Shown here piece by piece: positions 7,915 through 17,390 of a stretch of DNA of 59,769 nt. Source of the stretch: a bacterium (GTDB lineage Bacteria; Actinomycetota; Acidimicrobiia; Spongiisociales; UBA5794); the NCBI GenBank assembly GCA_024226255.1, contig JAAELU010000187.1, positions 1-59,769 on the forward strand, written 5' to 3'. A program made the translations under genes and the position numbers. The notes under the pieces are model-generated. The model searched no databases, was not told the origin of the DNA, and saw nothing but the letters and a program-made list of their open reading frames with translations. The stretch's first letter is position 1; the number at the start of each line of letters is the position of its first letter.

Positions 7915-8760
7915 ATGTTCACGATTCTGGAGTCCCGGGACCTTGCCCCGTCGATTCGATACCTACGCGTTGCGGCTCCAAAGATCGCCCGTCGTCGTAA
8001 GGCGGGCCAGTTTGTCATTGTTCGAGTAGACGGTGACGGAGAGCGGATTCCGCTGACGATTGCGGATTCCGACTCCACCGAGGGGTGGATCGCATTGGTC
8101 GTGCAGGGCGTTGGCAAGACAACCAAGGCCATCAATCTTCTCGAAGCCGGGGATTCACTTTCGGACGTAGCGGGACCGTTGGGCATGCCCTCGCGTATCG
8201 ATGAAGTCGGTACAGCTGTCGTCATCGGTGGTGGCGTGGGTACGGCGATCGCCTACCCGACTGCGGTCGCCTTGAAGGAAGCCGGCAACCACGTCATTTC
8301 GATTATCGGTGCTCAGACCGGCGCCCAGATCGTTCTCGAGTCCGAGATGGAAGTGGCATGCGACGAGGTGTACGTCACGACTGACGACGGATCCGTCGGG
8401 TATCACGGCTTCGTCACCGGCAAGCTTTCAGAACTGATTGACGAAGGACGCCAGCTCGACCTCGTGATCGCGATTGGGCCAATACCGATGATGAAGGCAG
8501 TCGCCGAGGTGACCCGTCCCTGCGCTATCGACACGATCGTCAGCCTGAATCCGATCATGGTCGACGGAACTGGGATGTGCGGCGGCTGTCGGGTCGTCGT
8601 CGGCGATGAAACCAAGTTCGCCTGCGTCGACGGGCCGGAATTTGATGCCCATCAGGTCGACTTCGACCTTCTCGAGCGTCGCAATCGAGCCTACGCAACC
8701 TTCGAGCATCAGCGGGATTCCGATATGCAGGCGGCCATCGATCTACAGAGTGCTTCATGA
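7915..8760 (+). CDS. nfnA: NfnA/SudB-type FAD/NAD-binding [2Fe-2S] subunit
   Basis: GQFVIVRV..GERIPLTIAD, GPLG, GGGVG, SLNPIMVDGTGMCGGCRV..FACVDGPEF (Asp-Cys3 cluster ligation). Confidence 0.85.
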   Translation: MFTILESRDLAPSIRYLRVAAPKIARRRKAGQFVIVRVDGDGERIPLTIADSDSTEGWIALVVQGVGKTTKAINLLEAGDSLSDVAGPLGMPSRIDEVGTAVVIGGGVGTAIAYPTAVALKEAGNHVISIIGAQTGAQIVLESEMEVACDEVYVTTDDGSVGYHGFVTGKLSELIDEGRQLDLVIAIGPIPMMKAVAEVTRPCAIDTIVSLNPIMVDGTGMCGGCRVVVGDETKFACVDGPEFDAHQVDFDLLERRNRAYATFEHQRDSDMQAAIDLQSAS

Positions 8761-10196
8761 ACGAACTCACCAAACGAGAACGTATGGCAATGAGCCGGTC
8801 CGAGATGCCGGCCCGCCCCGCCGACGAACGCAATTCCGATTTTGGCGAAGTGAACCTGGGCTTCACAGCGGGGCTGGCCGTGCTCGAAGCGCAACGTTGT
8901 CTCATGTGTCGGCGACCGGTGTGCATCGAAGGATGCCCCGTGGGCGTACAGATCACTGAATTCATCGACCTGGTGGCTGCCGGCGACTTCGGCGAGGCCG
9001 CCAAGGTAATCAAGCGAGACAATTCGCTGCCGGCTATCTGCGGAAGGGTGTGCCCCCAGGAGGACCAGTGCGAAGGCGCTTGCGTCCTCGCCAAAAAGGG
9101 CAAACCGATCGCGATCGGGGCTCTGGAGCGATTCGTCGCCGACTTCGAGCGCGAACACGATCTGATGCACGCGGAGCCCACAGCGATCCGGACTGGCAAG
9201 TCGGTTGCCATTGTGGGCAGTGGGCCCGCCGGTCTGGCCTGTGCAACCGACCTGGCCAAGCTGGGTCACGACGTGACGGTGTTTGAGGCGCTCCACGAAT
9301 TGGGAGGTGTTCTCTCCTACGGGATACCGGAGTTCCGGCTCCCCAAGGAAATCGTCGCTGCCGAGGTCGAGCAACTCGAGCTCCTCGGAGTGCGCTTTGT
9401 CACCAATGCAGTCATCGGCATGATGGACACCATTGACGACCTGCTCGATGAGGAGGGGTTCGATGCGGTGTTCATCGGCGTTGGAGCCGGGCTACCCCGC
9501 TTTCCCAACGTCCCCGGTGAGAACCTGATCGGCGTCTATTCGGCCAACGAATTCCTGACCCGGATCAATCTCATGAAGGCCTATCAGGTGGGCTCTGACA
9601 CCCCTATCTTCGACGTGACGGGCAAGGCGGTGGCCGTGTTCGGGGGTGGCAACACCGCAATGGACGCGATCCGCACCTCGCTCCGTTTGGGAGCATCGAC
9701 GGCAACGCTCGTGTATCGCCGGTCGCGAGAGGAGATGCCTGCGCGGCACGAGGAGGTTGAACACGCCGAAGAGGAGGGCGTCGGTTTCCAAATGTTGACC
9801 GCTCCACTCGCATTCCTTGGAGATAACGATGGTTTCCTCACGGGTATGCGCCTTCAGGCTATGCAACTCGGGGAACCCGACGAAAGCGGCCGAAGACGCC
9901 CGGTTCCCGTTCCGGGAGCCGTGACGACAAAGGACGTCGACATGGTCGTAATCGCAATCGGCAATGCTCCCAACCCGCTATTGGCGAAAACGGCTCCGGA
10001 TTTGGAACACACCCGATGGGGGACTCTCCTGGCGGACGCGACGACGGGCCGCACCTCGAAACGAGGGGTCTTTGCCGGCGGCGACATCGTTACCGGTGGA
10101 GCAACAGTGATTCTGGCAATGGGTGCTGGTCGGACAGCTGCTGCGTCCATCGACGAGTTCCTGCGAACCGACGACTGGGAGCGGAGCGTCCAGTGA
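8757..10196 (+). CDS. nfnB: NfnB/SudA-type flavin [4Fe-4S] subunit (often annotated as glutamate synthase small chain, gltA/gltD-like)
   Basis: RCLMC..P.C..GCPV, ICGRVCPQEDQCE, GSGPAG, YGIPEFRLPK, GGGNTAMD, YRRS, GGDIVTGGATVILAMGAG; ATGA overlap with nfnA. Confidence 0.85.
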   Translation: MNELTKRERMAMSRSEMPARPADERNSDFGEVNLGFTAGLAVLEAQRCLMCRRPVCIEGCPVGVQITEFIDLVAAGDFGEAAKVIKRDNSLPAICGRVCPQEDQCEGACVLAKKGKPIAIGALERFVADFEREHDLMHAEPTAIRTGKSVAIVGSGPAGLACATDLAKLGHDVTVFEALHELGGVLSYGIPEFRLPKEIVAAEVEQLELLGVRFVTNAVIGMMDTIDDLLDEEGFDAVFIGVGAGLPRFPNVPGENLIGVYSANEFLTRINLMKAYQVGSDTPIFDVTGKAVAVFGGGNTAMDAIRTSLRLGASTATLVYRRSREEMPARHEEVEHAEEEGVGFQMLTAPLAFLGDNDGFLTGMRLQAMQLGEPDESGRRRPVPVPGAVTTKDVDMVVIAIGNAPNPLLAKTAPDLEHTRWGTLLADATTGRTSKRGVFAGGDIVTGGATVILAMGAGRTAAASIDEFLRTDDWERSVQ

Positions 10197-10320
10197 CGAT
10201 CTGCTGCTTGGGTGCGGCGACGACGTGATAGCCGGCGGACACGGCACGGACGACCTCCGGGACAACTTCGGCAACGATCAATGTGAAACCGGGACGAAGC
10301 ACGCGTCTTGCGAGACAATC
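10195..10320 (+). pseudogene. Orphan C-terminal remnant of an RTX (hemolysin-type Ca-binding) protein
   Basis: DDLLLGCGDDVIAGGHGTDDLRDNFGNDQCETGTKHASCET, no start/RBS; resembles the C-terminus of the 29989-32421 protein. Confidence 0.5.
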
Positions 10321-10460
10321 ACAACGCAGGTCGTGCTGTGGGCCGTCGGTATCGGGCGTCTCGGACTCCCAGATGCAAGCGACGTTGAGGCCCGACGGCG
10401 TTGCTATTCGACGGGGAGGCGTTAGCTATGTCGCCGACATCTCCCCGCTAGCCTGCGCTC

Positions 10461-11789
10461 ATGTCAGCTACAGACCCAGTTCCAGTAATCATCCTGGGTG
10501 CTGCGGGCCGTGACTTCCACGACTTCAACACGATGTATCGGGATGATGCATCTCACCGAGTCGTCGCGTTCACCGCCACCCAGATACCCGACATCGCCGA
10601 CCGCCGCTACCCGCCCGAATTGGCGGGACCACTCTATCCGGACGGCATCCCGATTCACGCCGAAGACGATCTCGAAAAGCTGATCGCTGAGGACGGTGTG
10701 ACTCAGGTGCTCTTTGCATATAGCGACGTCAGCCATGAGCACGTGATGCATCTGGCTGCCAGGGCCAATGCCGCCGGTGCCGATTTTCTCCTGCCGGGCG
10801 ATCGGGCCACGCTCCGTTCGACGAAGCCCGTGGTTTCGGTGACAGCCGTGCGCACCGGATCTGGAAAGAGCCAGACCGCTAGAAAGATTCGCGCCGTGAC
10901 AAACGCTGCGGGAGCTCGGGTCGCTGCCATCCGTCACCCGATGCCGTACGGCAATCTGGTGCTCCAACGATTACAGCGCTTCGAGACTTTCGCCGACCTC
11001 GAAGCGGCCGACGTCACTATCGAGGAGCGCGAGGAATACGAGCCGTACATCCGGGACGGGGCTGTCATCTTCGCCGGCGCCGACTACGAGGCGATTCTCC
11101 GAGCTGCCGAGCAGGAAGCCGACATCATCATCTGGGATGGTGGCAACAACGACACGCCCTTCATCATGCCCGACGTTGACCTCTGTGTGGTCGATCCACA
11201 TCGAGCCGGTCACGAAACGCGCTACTGGCCCGGCGAGGCCAACCTGCGGCGCGCCACGGGGATCATCATCAACAAGGTCGCCACAGCCGAAACCGAAGCT
11301 CTCGAACGGCTGCGAGCCACCATTGCGGAAGTCAATCCGATGGCAACGGTGACGGAAGCGGCATCGACGGTCCGAGTGGACGATCCCTCGATGATTGACG
11401 GCAAGCGTGTCTTGGTTGTGGAGGATGGTCCGACGACCACCCACGGCGAGATGGCCTACGGAGCCGGCTGGGTGGCTGCGAAGCAGTACGGCGCGGCCGA
11501 GATAGTCGATCCCCGGCCCTACGCAGTTGGCACGATCGTTGATGTATTCGAGCGTTTTGGACACCTCGAGCGAGTCTTGCCCGCCATGGGCTACGGAGAC
11601 GCCCAACGCGACGATCTCCGAGAGACCATCCATCGAGCGGCCGCGGACGTTGACGTAGTGGTCATCGGGACGCCCATCGACCTGGCACGAGTGCTCGCCT
11701 TGGAGGCGCCGAGTGTGCAGGTCTACTACGACCTGGAGGAGCTCCGCGGTCCGACGCTCGACGATCTGCTCCGGCCTGTGCTGCCCTGA
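10461..11789 (+). CDS. COG2403 P-loop protein of the cyclic 2,3-diphosphoglycerate synthetase family; ArcE (arginine synthetase)-type N-terminus
   Basis: ILGAAGRDFHDFN, VAFTATQIPDI..R.YPPELAG.LYP, AVRTGSGKSQT, RHPMPYG, TIEEREEYEP, WDGGNND, EDGPTTTHG, LPAMGY. Confidence 0.8.
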   Translation: MSATDPVPVIILGAAGRDFHDFNTMYRDDASHRVVAFTATQIPDIADRRYPPELAGPLYPDGIPIHAEDDLEKLIAEDGVTQVLFAYSDVSHEHVMHLAARANAAGADFLLPGDRATLRSTKPVVSVTAVRTGSGKSQTARKIRAVTNAAGARVAAIRHPMPYGNLVLQRLQRFETFADLEAADVTIEEREEYEPYIRDGAVIFAGADYEAILRAAEQEADIIIWDGGNNDTPFIMPDVDLCVVDPHRAGHETRYWPGEANLRRATGIIINKVATAETEALERLRATIAEVNPMATVTEAASTVRVDDPSMIDGKRVLVVEDGPTTTHGEMAYGAGWVAAKQYGAAEIVDPRPYAVGTIVDVFERFGHLERVLPAMGYGDAQRDDLRETIHRAAADVDVVVIGTPIDLARVLALEAPSVQVYYDLEELRGPTLDDLLRPVLP

Positions 11790-11851
11790 GCTCGAACGAA
11801 CCCGGGTCTTTGGTCTCTTCTCGGTAGCCCGGTATCGCCGTACGCTGGCTC

Positions 11852-12382
11852 ATGATGGAGACCCAATCCGCCGAGCGTGTCATTACGGGGCATATCGAGA
11901 TTCGTCGAGTCGGCCGCCGCGGTTTCCCGGTCGCGGAGCTATTGAGCGACGGCGTAACGATTGCCAGCCTTGGGCGGGACAGCTCGTTCAACATCTTCTT
12001 TGGGCCGGGACGACTTGTGGTCTTGGCCGACGGCACCGAGTGGCGGATCAAGGCGGCCAATTCCAATCGCCACATCGTGCCGATCATCAAGTCCGAAGTG
12101 GGCACGGTGGCCTTCTCCGGTCCGCTCTACGGGAAACGAAGCTACGGCATAACGGGTCGTGATTACGGGTACAGCTTGATGCCGCTCGGCCGGATCGGGC
12201 TGAGGAGCCCCGGTATCTGGACTCTGCGGCAACATGAGACCGACATTGCCAGCGTTGATGACCGACAGATGCAGATCGAGGCGCTGCAACCGGTACCAAC
12301 AGCGGCGGTTCTGTTGGTGTTCACGCTCGTGAATCACGGTGTGCCGGGCGAAGCCGATCTCATGCCCCGGGTCGGCTGGTAG
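11852..12382 (+). CDS. Hypothetical protein (beta-rich)
   Basis: 176-aa ORF filling the gap; TACGCT -10 like element just upstream; no motif recognised. Confidence 0.65.
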   Translation: MMETQSAERVITGHIEIRRVGRRGFPVAELLSDGVTIASLGRDSSFNIFFGPGRLVVLADGTEWRIKAANSNRHIVPIIKSEVGTVAFSGPLYGKRSYGITGRDYGYSLMPLGRIGLRSPGIWTLRQHETDIASVDDRQMQIEALQPVPTAAVLLVFTLVNHGVPGEADLMPRVGW

Positions 12383-12431
12383 CCCAACGGTCGGCACGGC
12401 AACGGCAGGGACACGTCGGTAGCCTCTTGGA

Positions 12432-13055
12432 ATGGACGACAGCCACGTACTCCTGATCGGCGGGCCCCCCGGCGCCGGCAAGACCACTTTGGGCCGGGCC
12501 GTTGCGGCGGCCACGGGCGCCACTTCCGTCACCGGCGATGTTCTGGCGACGGCAATACGCGCCGTCACTTCCCGAGACTCCCACCCGGCGTTCTTCCGGA
12601 TGGTTGGTGGCGGCCACACGAGCTACTTCACGGATAGTTCGCCAGAAACTCTGATCAAGGACGCCGAAGTCCTAGCGGACGCCATGTGGCCGGCCGTAGA
12701 ACGTGTCGTGAGATCTCACCTCGCCCAGGGCGAATCCATGGTCCTCGACTGGTGGCTCTTGTCCCCCCGCCGGGCCGCGGAGCTCGACGACGTTGCCGTC
12801 TCGTCGGTATGGATGTGGATTGATCCGGCGATGCTCGAAGCCCGCGAGCGGCTCAACGCGGGTTTTCTGGAGGGTTCCGCCGACCCTGATCGTATGTTCG
12901 GCAACTTCATGCACCGCAGTCTCTGGCGCAACGAATACATCCAAGGTGAAGCGGCTCGGCTTGGGCTTCCGATTCTCCGACAATCCGGCGGAAGTTCTGT
13001 GGCTGACTTAGTAACCGAAGCTCTCATCGCGGTTGGGCGTCCTCTCATCTCCTAG
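12432..13055 (+). CDS. P-loop kinase, 2-phosphoglycerate-kinase-like
   Basis: LLIGGPPGAGKTT, GDVL..AIR, WPAVERVV, SMVLDW, YIQGEA..LG.P. Confidence 0.65.
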   Translation: MDDSHVLLIGGPPGAGKTTLGRAVAAATGATSVTGDVLATAIRAVTSRDSHPAFFRMVGGGHTSYFTDSSPETLIKDAEVLADAMWPAVERVVRSHLAQGESMVLDWWLLSPRRAAELDDVAVSSVWMWIDPAMLEARERLNAGFLEGSADPDRMFGNFMHRSLWRNEYIQGEAARLGLPILRQSGGSSVADLVTEALIAVGRPLIS

Positions 13056-13065
13056 CATCGCTCTG

Positions 13066-13953
13066 ATGCCGGATCTGCCCACGCCCTATCGCTCGAGCGA
13101 CGATGACAATGCCCGGTGGCACGGATTCCCGTTTCGCGATGGAGACATCGTGATCAGCACCCGCTCCAAGAGCGGTACGACATGGATGCAGATGATCTGC
13201 GCCCTCCTCGTATTCCGCTCGGCAGAGCTTCCGGCTCCGCTGGCCGAGGTCTCACCGTGGTTGGATTGGCTCGTCGAGCCGCTCGATGACGTCTTGGTCC
13301 GGCTCGACGCGCAGCAGCATCGTCGTTTCATCAAGACGCACACTCCGCTTGATGGCCTCCCTCTCGACGCTCGAGCGACTTTTGTCGTCGTGGTGAGGCA
13401 TCCACTGGATATGGCGGTGTCCTTGTACCACCAAGGCGACAACCTCGATTCGGCGAGAATTCGTGAGCTGACTGGTCAGGTGGCAGAAGTTGGGGATCCC
13501 TGCCCTCGCCTGTCGCTGCAGGACTGGCTGCACAACTGGATCACGTGGGATGGGTCGCCCCAAGAGAGCCTCGATTCCCTGCCGGGTGTGATGTGGCACC
13601 TATCGGACGCGTGGCGCCGGCGCCGTCAAGGCAATGTGATTCTTGTCCACTACGCCGATCTCAGCGCGCATCTTGTCGGGGAGATGGGGCGCATCGCTGA
13701 TCTCCTGGGGTTCGATATCGACGAGACTCTTATTGAGGTCCTGGCACCGGCAGCGGCCTTCGATGCGATGAAGGCAAGGAGCTCCGCTTTGGTTCCCGAT
13801 CGGGGCGGCGTCCTCAAGGATCAGAGCACGTTCTTTCGGCGCGGTTCGTCGGGCGCCGGCTCTGAGGCACTCGGCGAGGTCGACCTCGCTGCATACGAGA
13901 GGCGCGCCGCAGCACTGGCACCGGCCGACTTCCTCGAATGGCTGCATCGGTGA
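13066..13953 (+). CDS. Sulfotransferase domain protein (aryl/glycolipid sulfotransferase-like)
   Basis: DIVISTRSKSGTTWMQ, SPWLD, RRFIKTHTP, RHPLDMAVS, HYADL, FFRRG. Confidence 0.9.
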   Translation: MPDLPTPYRSSDDDNARWHGFPFRDGDIVISTRSKSGTTWMQMICALLVFRSAELPAPLAEVSPWLDWLVEPLDDVLVRLDAQQHRRFIKTHTPLDGLPLDARATFVVVVRHPLDMAVSLYHQGDNLDSARIRELTGQVAEVGDPCPRLSLQDWLHNWITWDGSPQESLDSLPGVMWHLSDAWRRRRQGNVILVHYADLSAHLVGEMGRIADLLGFDIDETLIEVLAPAAAFDAMKARSSALVPDRGGVLKDQSTFFRRGSSGAGSEALGEVDLAAYERRAAALAPADFLEWLHR

Positions 13954-13965
13954 TCCGATCCGGGC

Positions 13966-15705
13966 CTAGGTCGCCAGTCGCTCAGCCTTCTCAGTGAGTT
14001 CCAGCCAGCGGGTTTCCGCGTGGTCGAGCGCCTCGAGGGTACCGGCAAGCTTCGTCGACAATTCAACGGAGCTCGAGTAGCTGCTGCCCGAGGCGTGCAA
14101 TTGCGCCTCCAGCTCGGCTCGCCGACTCTCGAGGACAGGAAGGCGCGCCACCAGTTCCTCGAGCTCGCGTTGCTCTTGGTAGCCGAGCTTGCGCGCAATC
14201 GGCTTGAGCCTGGTGTCGGCACTCTTGGATCTCTCTGGTGCGGTGGGGCGGTCAACCACAGATTCGCGGTACGCAGTCCAACCACCGGGGTGGTGACGCA
14301 CCGACCCATCGGCCTCAATGGAATAGATGTCCGAACAGGTGCGATCGAGGAAGTATCGGTCGTGGGTGGCCGTCACCACAGCCCCACTCCATGCGTCGAG
14401 GTACTCCTCGAGGATGTTGAGAGTGTCGATGTCGAGATCGTTGGTCGGTTCGTCCAGAAACAGAAGGTTGGGGGCCTCCAGAAGGCAGAAGACCAACTCG
14501 AGACGGCGTCGCTCGCCTCCGGAGAGGTCCCCGACTTCGGATTGCTGTTGGTCTCGGGTGAACTGAAACCGCTCCAGCAACTGACCGGCCGACACGCGGA
14601 TCCCACTCTCTAGCAAGACGTCGTCCACGTGGGCACGGACCGCCGCTTGTACTCGAGTCTGTAGCGGTATCGGACGAGGTTCCTGGCCATACCAGCCCGA
14701 GTGGATTGTCGCCCCCACTGCAATTGACCCCTCGTCGGAAGCGATTCGCCGGGCCATGAGGCTCAGGAGTGTGGTCTTGCCGGCGCCGTTGGGTCCGACG
14801 ATGCCGATTCGGGCATCGGACTGCAGCTTGATACCGACATGGCGCAGAACCCACAAATCACCATATCGTTTACCAGCGTTGTGGAGCTCGACGACCTTGG
14901 AGCCGATTCGGCGTGATGGGAGATCGATTGTCAGCGCGCTTCGAGCAGATCGCCGCTGCTGTGCCAACAGGTCCTGTGTTCGATTGACTCGCGCTCGTGA
15001 CTTCGTTGTTCGCGCCTTGGGCGACCGTCGCAACCACGTCAGCTCCGTCTTGATACGTTGCTGCAGACGATGCTCGGCCGCAGTCTGCTGTTCGAGGCGC
15101 GTGGCGGCGGCCTCGAGGTAGTCCTCGTACGTCCCCTGGTGCGAATAGAGGTTCTGATCGTGCACCTCAATCACCCGATTGACGACACGATCGAGAAGGA
15201 AACGGTCGTGCGTGACGAGCAGCAATGCCTCCCTCCGGCTACGCAAGTGCTCCTCTAGCCAATCGATCGAATCGACATCAAGATGATTCGTGGGCTCATC
15301 AAGGATTAGAAGATCACATTCAGCCCCCAGCGCGACGGCCAAGGCAAGCCGCTTACGCTGGCCTCCCGATAGCGCCGAGCAGCGTGCTTCGGGGTCCTTG
15401 AGGCCCAGGCGGTCCGCCAGTGAGATTGCTTGGCGATCGTGACCGACAACGTCGCCGACGGTGGCCTCATTCTCGAAGACCGGGTCCTGTTCCAACTGGG
15501 TGACTCGCAGACCCCTGGCGCGGACAATGGAACCGCCATCGGGTTCCTCACTCCCCGCGATGATGCTGAGCAGGGTCGTCTTGCCTGACCCGTTGCGCCC
15601 AATCACGCCGATCCGCTCAGCTGCCGAGATTCCGAGAGACGCCTCCGTGAGTACATCATTCTCCGGGTACGACTTCGATATGTTCTCGAGGCTCACCAAG
15701 TGCAT
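13966..15705 (-). CDS. ABC-F family ATPase (Uup-like)
   Basis: Two ABC domains (GRNGSGKT/LSGGQ/LDEPTNHLD; GPNGAGKT/LSGGE/LDEPTNDLD), no TM segments, C-terminal coiled coil ending RWLEL. Confidence 0.92.
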   Translation of the reverse strand: MHLVSLENISKSYPENDVLTEASLGISAAERIGVIGRNGSGKTTLLSIIAGSEEPDGGSIVRARGLRVTQLEQDPVFENEATVGDVVGHDRQAISLADRLGLKDPEARCSALSGGQRKRLALAVALGAECDLLILDEPTNHLDVDSIDWLEEHLRSRREALLLVTHDRFLLDRVVNRVIEVHDQNLYSHQGTYEDYLEAAATRLEQQTAAEHRLQQRIKTELTWLRRSPKARTTKSRARVNRTQDLLAQQRRSARSALTIDLPSRRIGSKVVELHNAGKRYGDLWVLRHVGIKLQSDARIGIVGPNGAGKTTLLSLMARRIASDEGSIAVGATIHSGWYGQEPRPIPLQTRVQAAVRAHVDDVLLESGIRVSAGQLLERFQFTRDQQQSEVGDLSGGERRRLELVFCLLEAPNLLFLDEPTNDLDIDTLNILEEYLDAWSGAVVTATHDRYFLDRTCSDIYSIEADGSVRHHPGGWTAYRESVVDRPTAPERSKSADTRLKPIARKLGYQEQRELEELVARLPVLESRRAELEAQLHASGSSYSSSVELSTKLAGTLEALDHAETRWLELTEKAERLAT

Positions 15706-15772
15706 TACATGAGGCTAAGCGTTCCGACGAGGACGTCCCGCCAGGCCGAGCCTCCCGAACGGGATAGAGTCC

Positions 15773-16675
15773 ATGACCAACCACCAGGGAGATTCCACAT
15801 TGGACCTCGGAGTACATGTCGCCAGCTTCACATTTGCCGACAGCCCCCTTTCGACCGCATCCGTCCTCGGCGACATTGCCGCCGCGACGGACTCCGGCGG
15901 CTTCGTTTCGCTATCGGTGATGGATCACTTCTTTCAGCTCGATCAGTACTTCCCGGCCGAAGAGCCAATGCTCGAGGGCTACACCACGCTCGGCTATCTG
16001 GCGGCTCTGACCAAGAAGGTCCAACTGCGCCTCCTGGTGACCGGGGTCACGTATCGCCACCCGGGCCTCCTCGCCAAGATCGTCAGCACGGTTGACGTGT
16101 TGTCGCAGGGGCGCGGTGAGCTGGGGATCGGCGCCGCGTGGTACGAGCGCGAGCATGTTGGTTTGGGCGTTCCGTATCCGTCAACCTCGGAACGGTTCGA
16201 GCAGCTGGAGGAGGCTCTCCAGATCTGTCTGCAGATGTGGAGTGACAACGATGGTGCCTATTCCGGCAACCACTTCCAGCTTGCGGAGACCCTGAGCCAG
16301 CCTGTCTCGCTCAGCCAACCCCATCCCCCGATCATGATCGGAGGCAGTGGCGAGAAGAAGACCTTGCGACTCGTCGCCAAGTACGCCGACGCATGCAATC
16401 TGTTCGTCAACACCCCCGCAGAAGCGACCCACAAGCTCAATGTGCTGCGCGGCCATTGTGAGACGGAGGGGACCGACTACGACGCTATCCGCAAAACCGT
16501 GCTCTATACCGGGATGACCCTCATTACGGGGGATGACTCGGCGTTCGTCACCGACATGAGTGACCTGGCATCCGTTGGCATCGAGGAGGTACAGATCATG
16601 CCTTACGGACCCGATCCAGTCGGACTCATCGAGCGTGTCGCCGAATCCGTTCTGCCAGCGCTTGAAGAGCTCTGA
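15773..16675 (+). CDS. LLM class, probably F420-dependent, oxidoreductase (Rv1855c-like)
   Basis: VMDHFFQ, EPMLEGYTTLGYLAA, LVTGVTYRHPG, GIGAAWYEREH, GGSGEKKTLRLVA; true start may be TTG 15800. Confidence 0.88.
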   Translation: MTNHQGDSTLDLGVHVASFTFADSPLSTASVLGDIAAATDSGGFVSLSVMDHFFQLDQYFPAEEPMLEGYTTLGYLAALTKKVQLRLLVTGVTYRHPGLLAKIVSTVDVLSQGRGELGIGAAWYEREHVGLGVPYPSTSERFEQLEEALQICLQMWSDNDGAYSGNHFQLAETLSQPVSLSQPHPPIMIGGSGEKKTLRLVAKYADACNLFVNTPAEATHKLNVLRGHCETEGTDYDAIRKTVLYTGMTLITGDDSAFVTDMSDLASVGIEEVQIMPYGPDPVGLIERVAESVLPALEEL

Positions 16676-16700
16676 GCGGTCGCCAGGTCGCATACCTGCA

Positions 16701-17390
16701 ATGACCTACTCGACCCTTCTCTTCGATCTGGACCATACGCTCCTCGACTCAGTGGAGTCGGAGCGGCTGGCCTTCGAGGCGGCGCTGGCTGCCGCCGGCA
16801 TCGCTAGGCCTTTCGACTACTTCTCGGTCTACAGTCGGATCAATCGTGCGTTGTGGGCGGCAGTCGAACGGCAGGAAATCGTACCCGACGATGTTCGGGT
16901 CACGAGGTTCGAGCAGCTTGTCGACCAGACAGATCTGGATGCCGATCCGGTCGCGCTGGCCGACGAATTGGTCGCCGGTTTAGGAGCCTACGGGCAGCTC
17001 TACCCCGGCAGTCGGGACGTTCTTGACTCCTTGAAGGGCACAGTCGCGTTGGCCATGGTTACCAACGGAATCGGCGAAGTGCAGCGGGCTCGGATCGAGC
17101 GACTCGATCTCGAGGGCTATTTCGGGGCGATCGCCATTTCAGGCGAACTGGGCACCTCGAAACCGGGGACCGACATCTTTGACTTTGTTTTTGAGGCTTT
17201 GGGATTCCCCAGCAAGGGCGGGACCCTCATGATCGGTGACAGCCTCGCGTCCGACATTCAGGGCGGCAACAACTTCGGAATAGCCACGTGCTGGTACAAC
17301 CCCGACGGGCAGCCGGCCGGCTCAGGCGTGAGATTCACTCACGAGATCGGAAGCCTCCGAGAAGTACTCGATCTCACCGTTGTCCGATGA
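16701..17390 (+). CDS. HAD hydrolase, YjjG-like noncanonical pyrimidine nucleotidase
   Basis: FDLDHTLLD, TNG, KP, MIGDSLASDIQGG. Confidence 0.88.
   Translation: MTYSTLLFDLDHTLLDSVESERLAFEAALAAAGIARPFDYFSVYSRINRALWAAVERQEIVPDDVRVTRFEQLVDQTDLDADPVALADELVAGLGAYGQLYPGSRDVLDSLKGTVALAMVTNGIGEVQRARIERLDLEGYFGAIAISGELGTSKPGTDIFDFVFEALGFPSKGGTLMIGDSLASDIQGGNNFGIATCWYNPDGQPAGSGVRFTHEIGSLREVLDLTVVR

Noticed and set aside
7915-10196. Annotation as PyrK or glutamate synthase
   Set aside because: No pyrD or gltB adjacent; the coupled pair fits NfnAB/SudAB better
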